Part shown: positions 63,733-64,000 of the stretch, piece by piece
Position numbering within the stretch: position 1 is the stretch's first letter
How the letters are laid out: each line of letters starts with the position of its first letter
From: Vitrella brassicaformis CCMP3155
Taxonomy: Eukaryota > Protista > Chromerida
Direction: 5' to 3'
Length of the DNA: 64,000 nucleotides
NCBI GenBank assembly: GCA_001179505.1
Contig: CDMY01000373.1
Location: forward strand, 31,784-95,783
Translations under genes and position numbers: made by a program
The notes under the pieces: model-generated
What the model was told of the DNA's origin: nothing
The model's database searches: none
Seen by the model: only the letters and a program-made list of their open reading frames with translations

Positions 63733-64000
63733 ACTGAGAGTGTCCATGCGTTGTCAGATGCAGCCACACACGAACAGACTCTGTGCTTCCATCGTGAGCA
63801 CAGAGAACAGAAAGAGACATGTGTGTGGGAGTGCGTCGATGTCTGTCTGTGTGTGTGTGTTGTGTGCCTGTCGAGTGGTCCGCTGCTGTCGAACGAGTAT
63901 TTGGCAACGCGTCCGTATTGGCGCGCCTCGGACAACAGCACACCAGCACCCGAAGAATGACAGACGGAGCCGTTGATGGCGACGTCACACACACTTGAGA
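63733..64000 (-). pseudogene. Inverted, internally deleted copy of the LamG-like gene
   Basis: 63794-64000 is the reverse complement of about 60856-61062. It joins directly at 63793/63794 to sequence matching about 62260-62325, removing the whole jellyroll core. Confidence 0.8.

Overview
This is intron-rich, GC-rich eukaryotic DNA. Introns are short (about 60-120 nt) and packed with (TG)n, (GA)n, (GACA)n and (GGAT)n microsatellites. The style and gene content suggest a chromerid alga such as Vitrella brassicaformis, but that is inference. I reconstructed about 20 spliced genes by eye, so exon boundaries are approximate. Recognisable genes are an HSF-type heat-shock transcription factor, gamma-tubulin, a p47/UBX-SEP p97 cofactor, a DNAJB12/14-like J-protein, an alpha carbonic anhydrase and an ankyrin-repeat TRP-like channel. 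Also present are a DedA protein and a DUF179/AlgH protein (both with plastid-type leaders), an N-acylation-motif F-box protein, a large MATH-like protein and LamG-type secreted proteins. Two TPM/MOLO1 genes and two BTB + FKBP-like paralogues complete the set. The most unusual structures are: (1) a 25-32 kb mosaic tandem array of KH-like + MSP(VAP) modules carrying scrambled metacaspase and PKG-like kinase fragments; (2) two inverted duplications that each bracket unrelated genes; (3) the BTB-FKBP fusion family; and (4) eight head-to-head gene pairs, some sharing a candidate promoter motif. There are three 300-N assembly gaps. I saw no rRNA, tRNA, CRISPR array or recognisable transposase.
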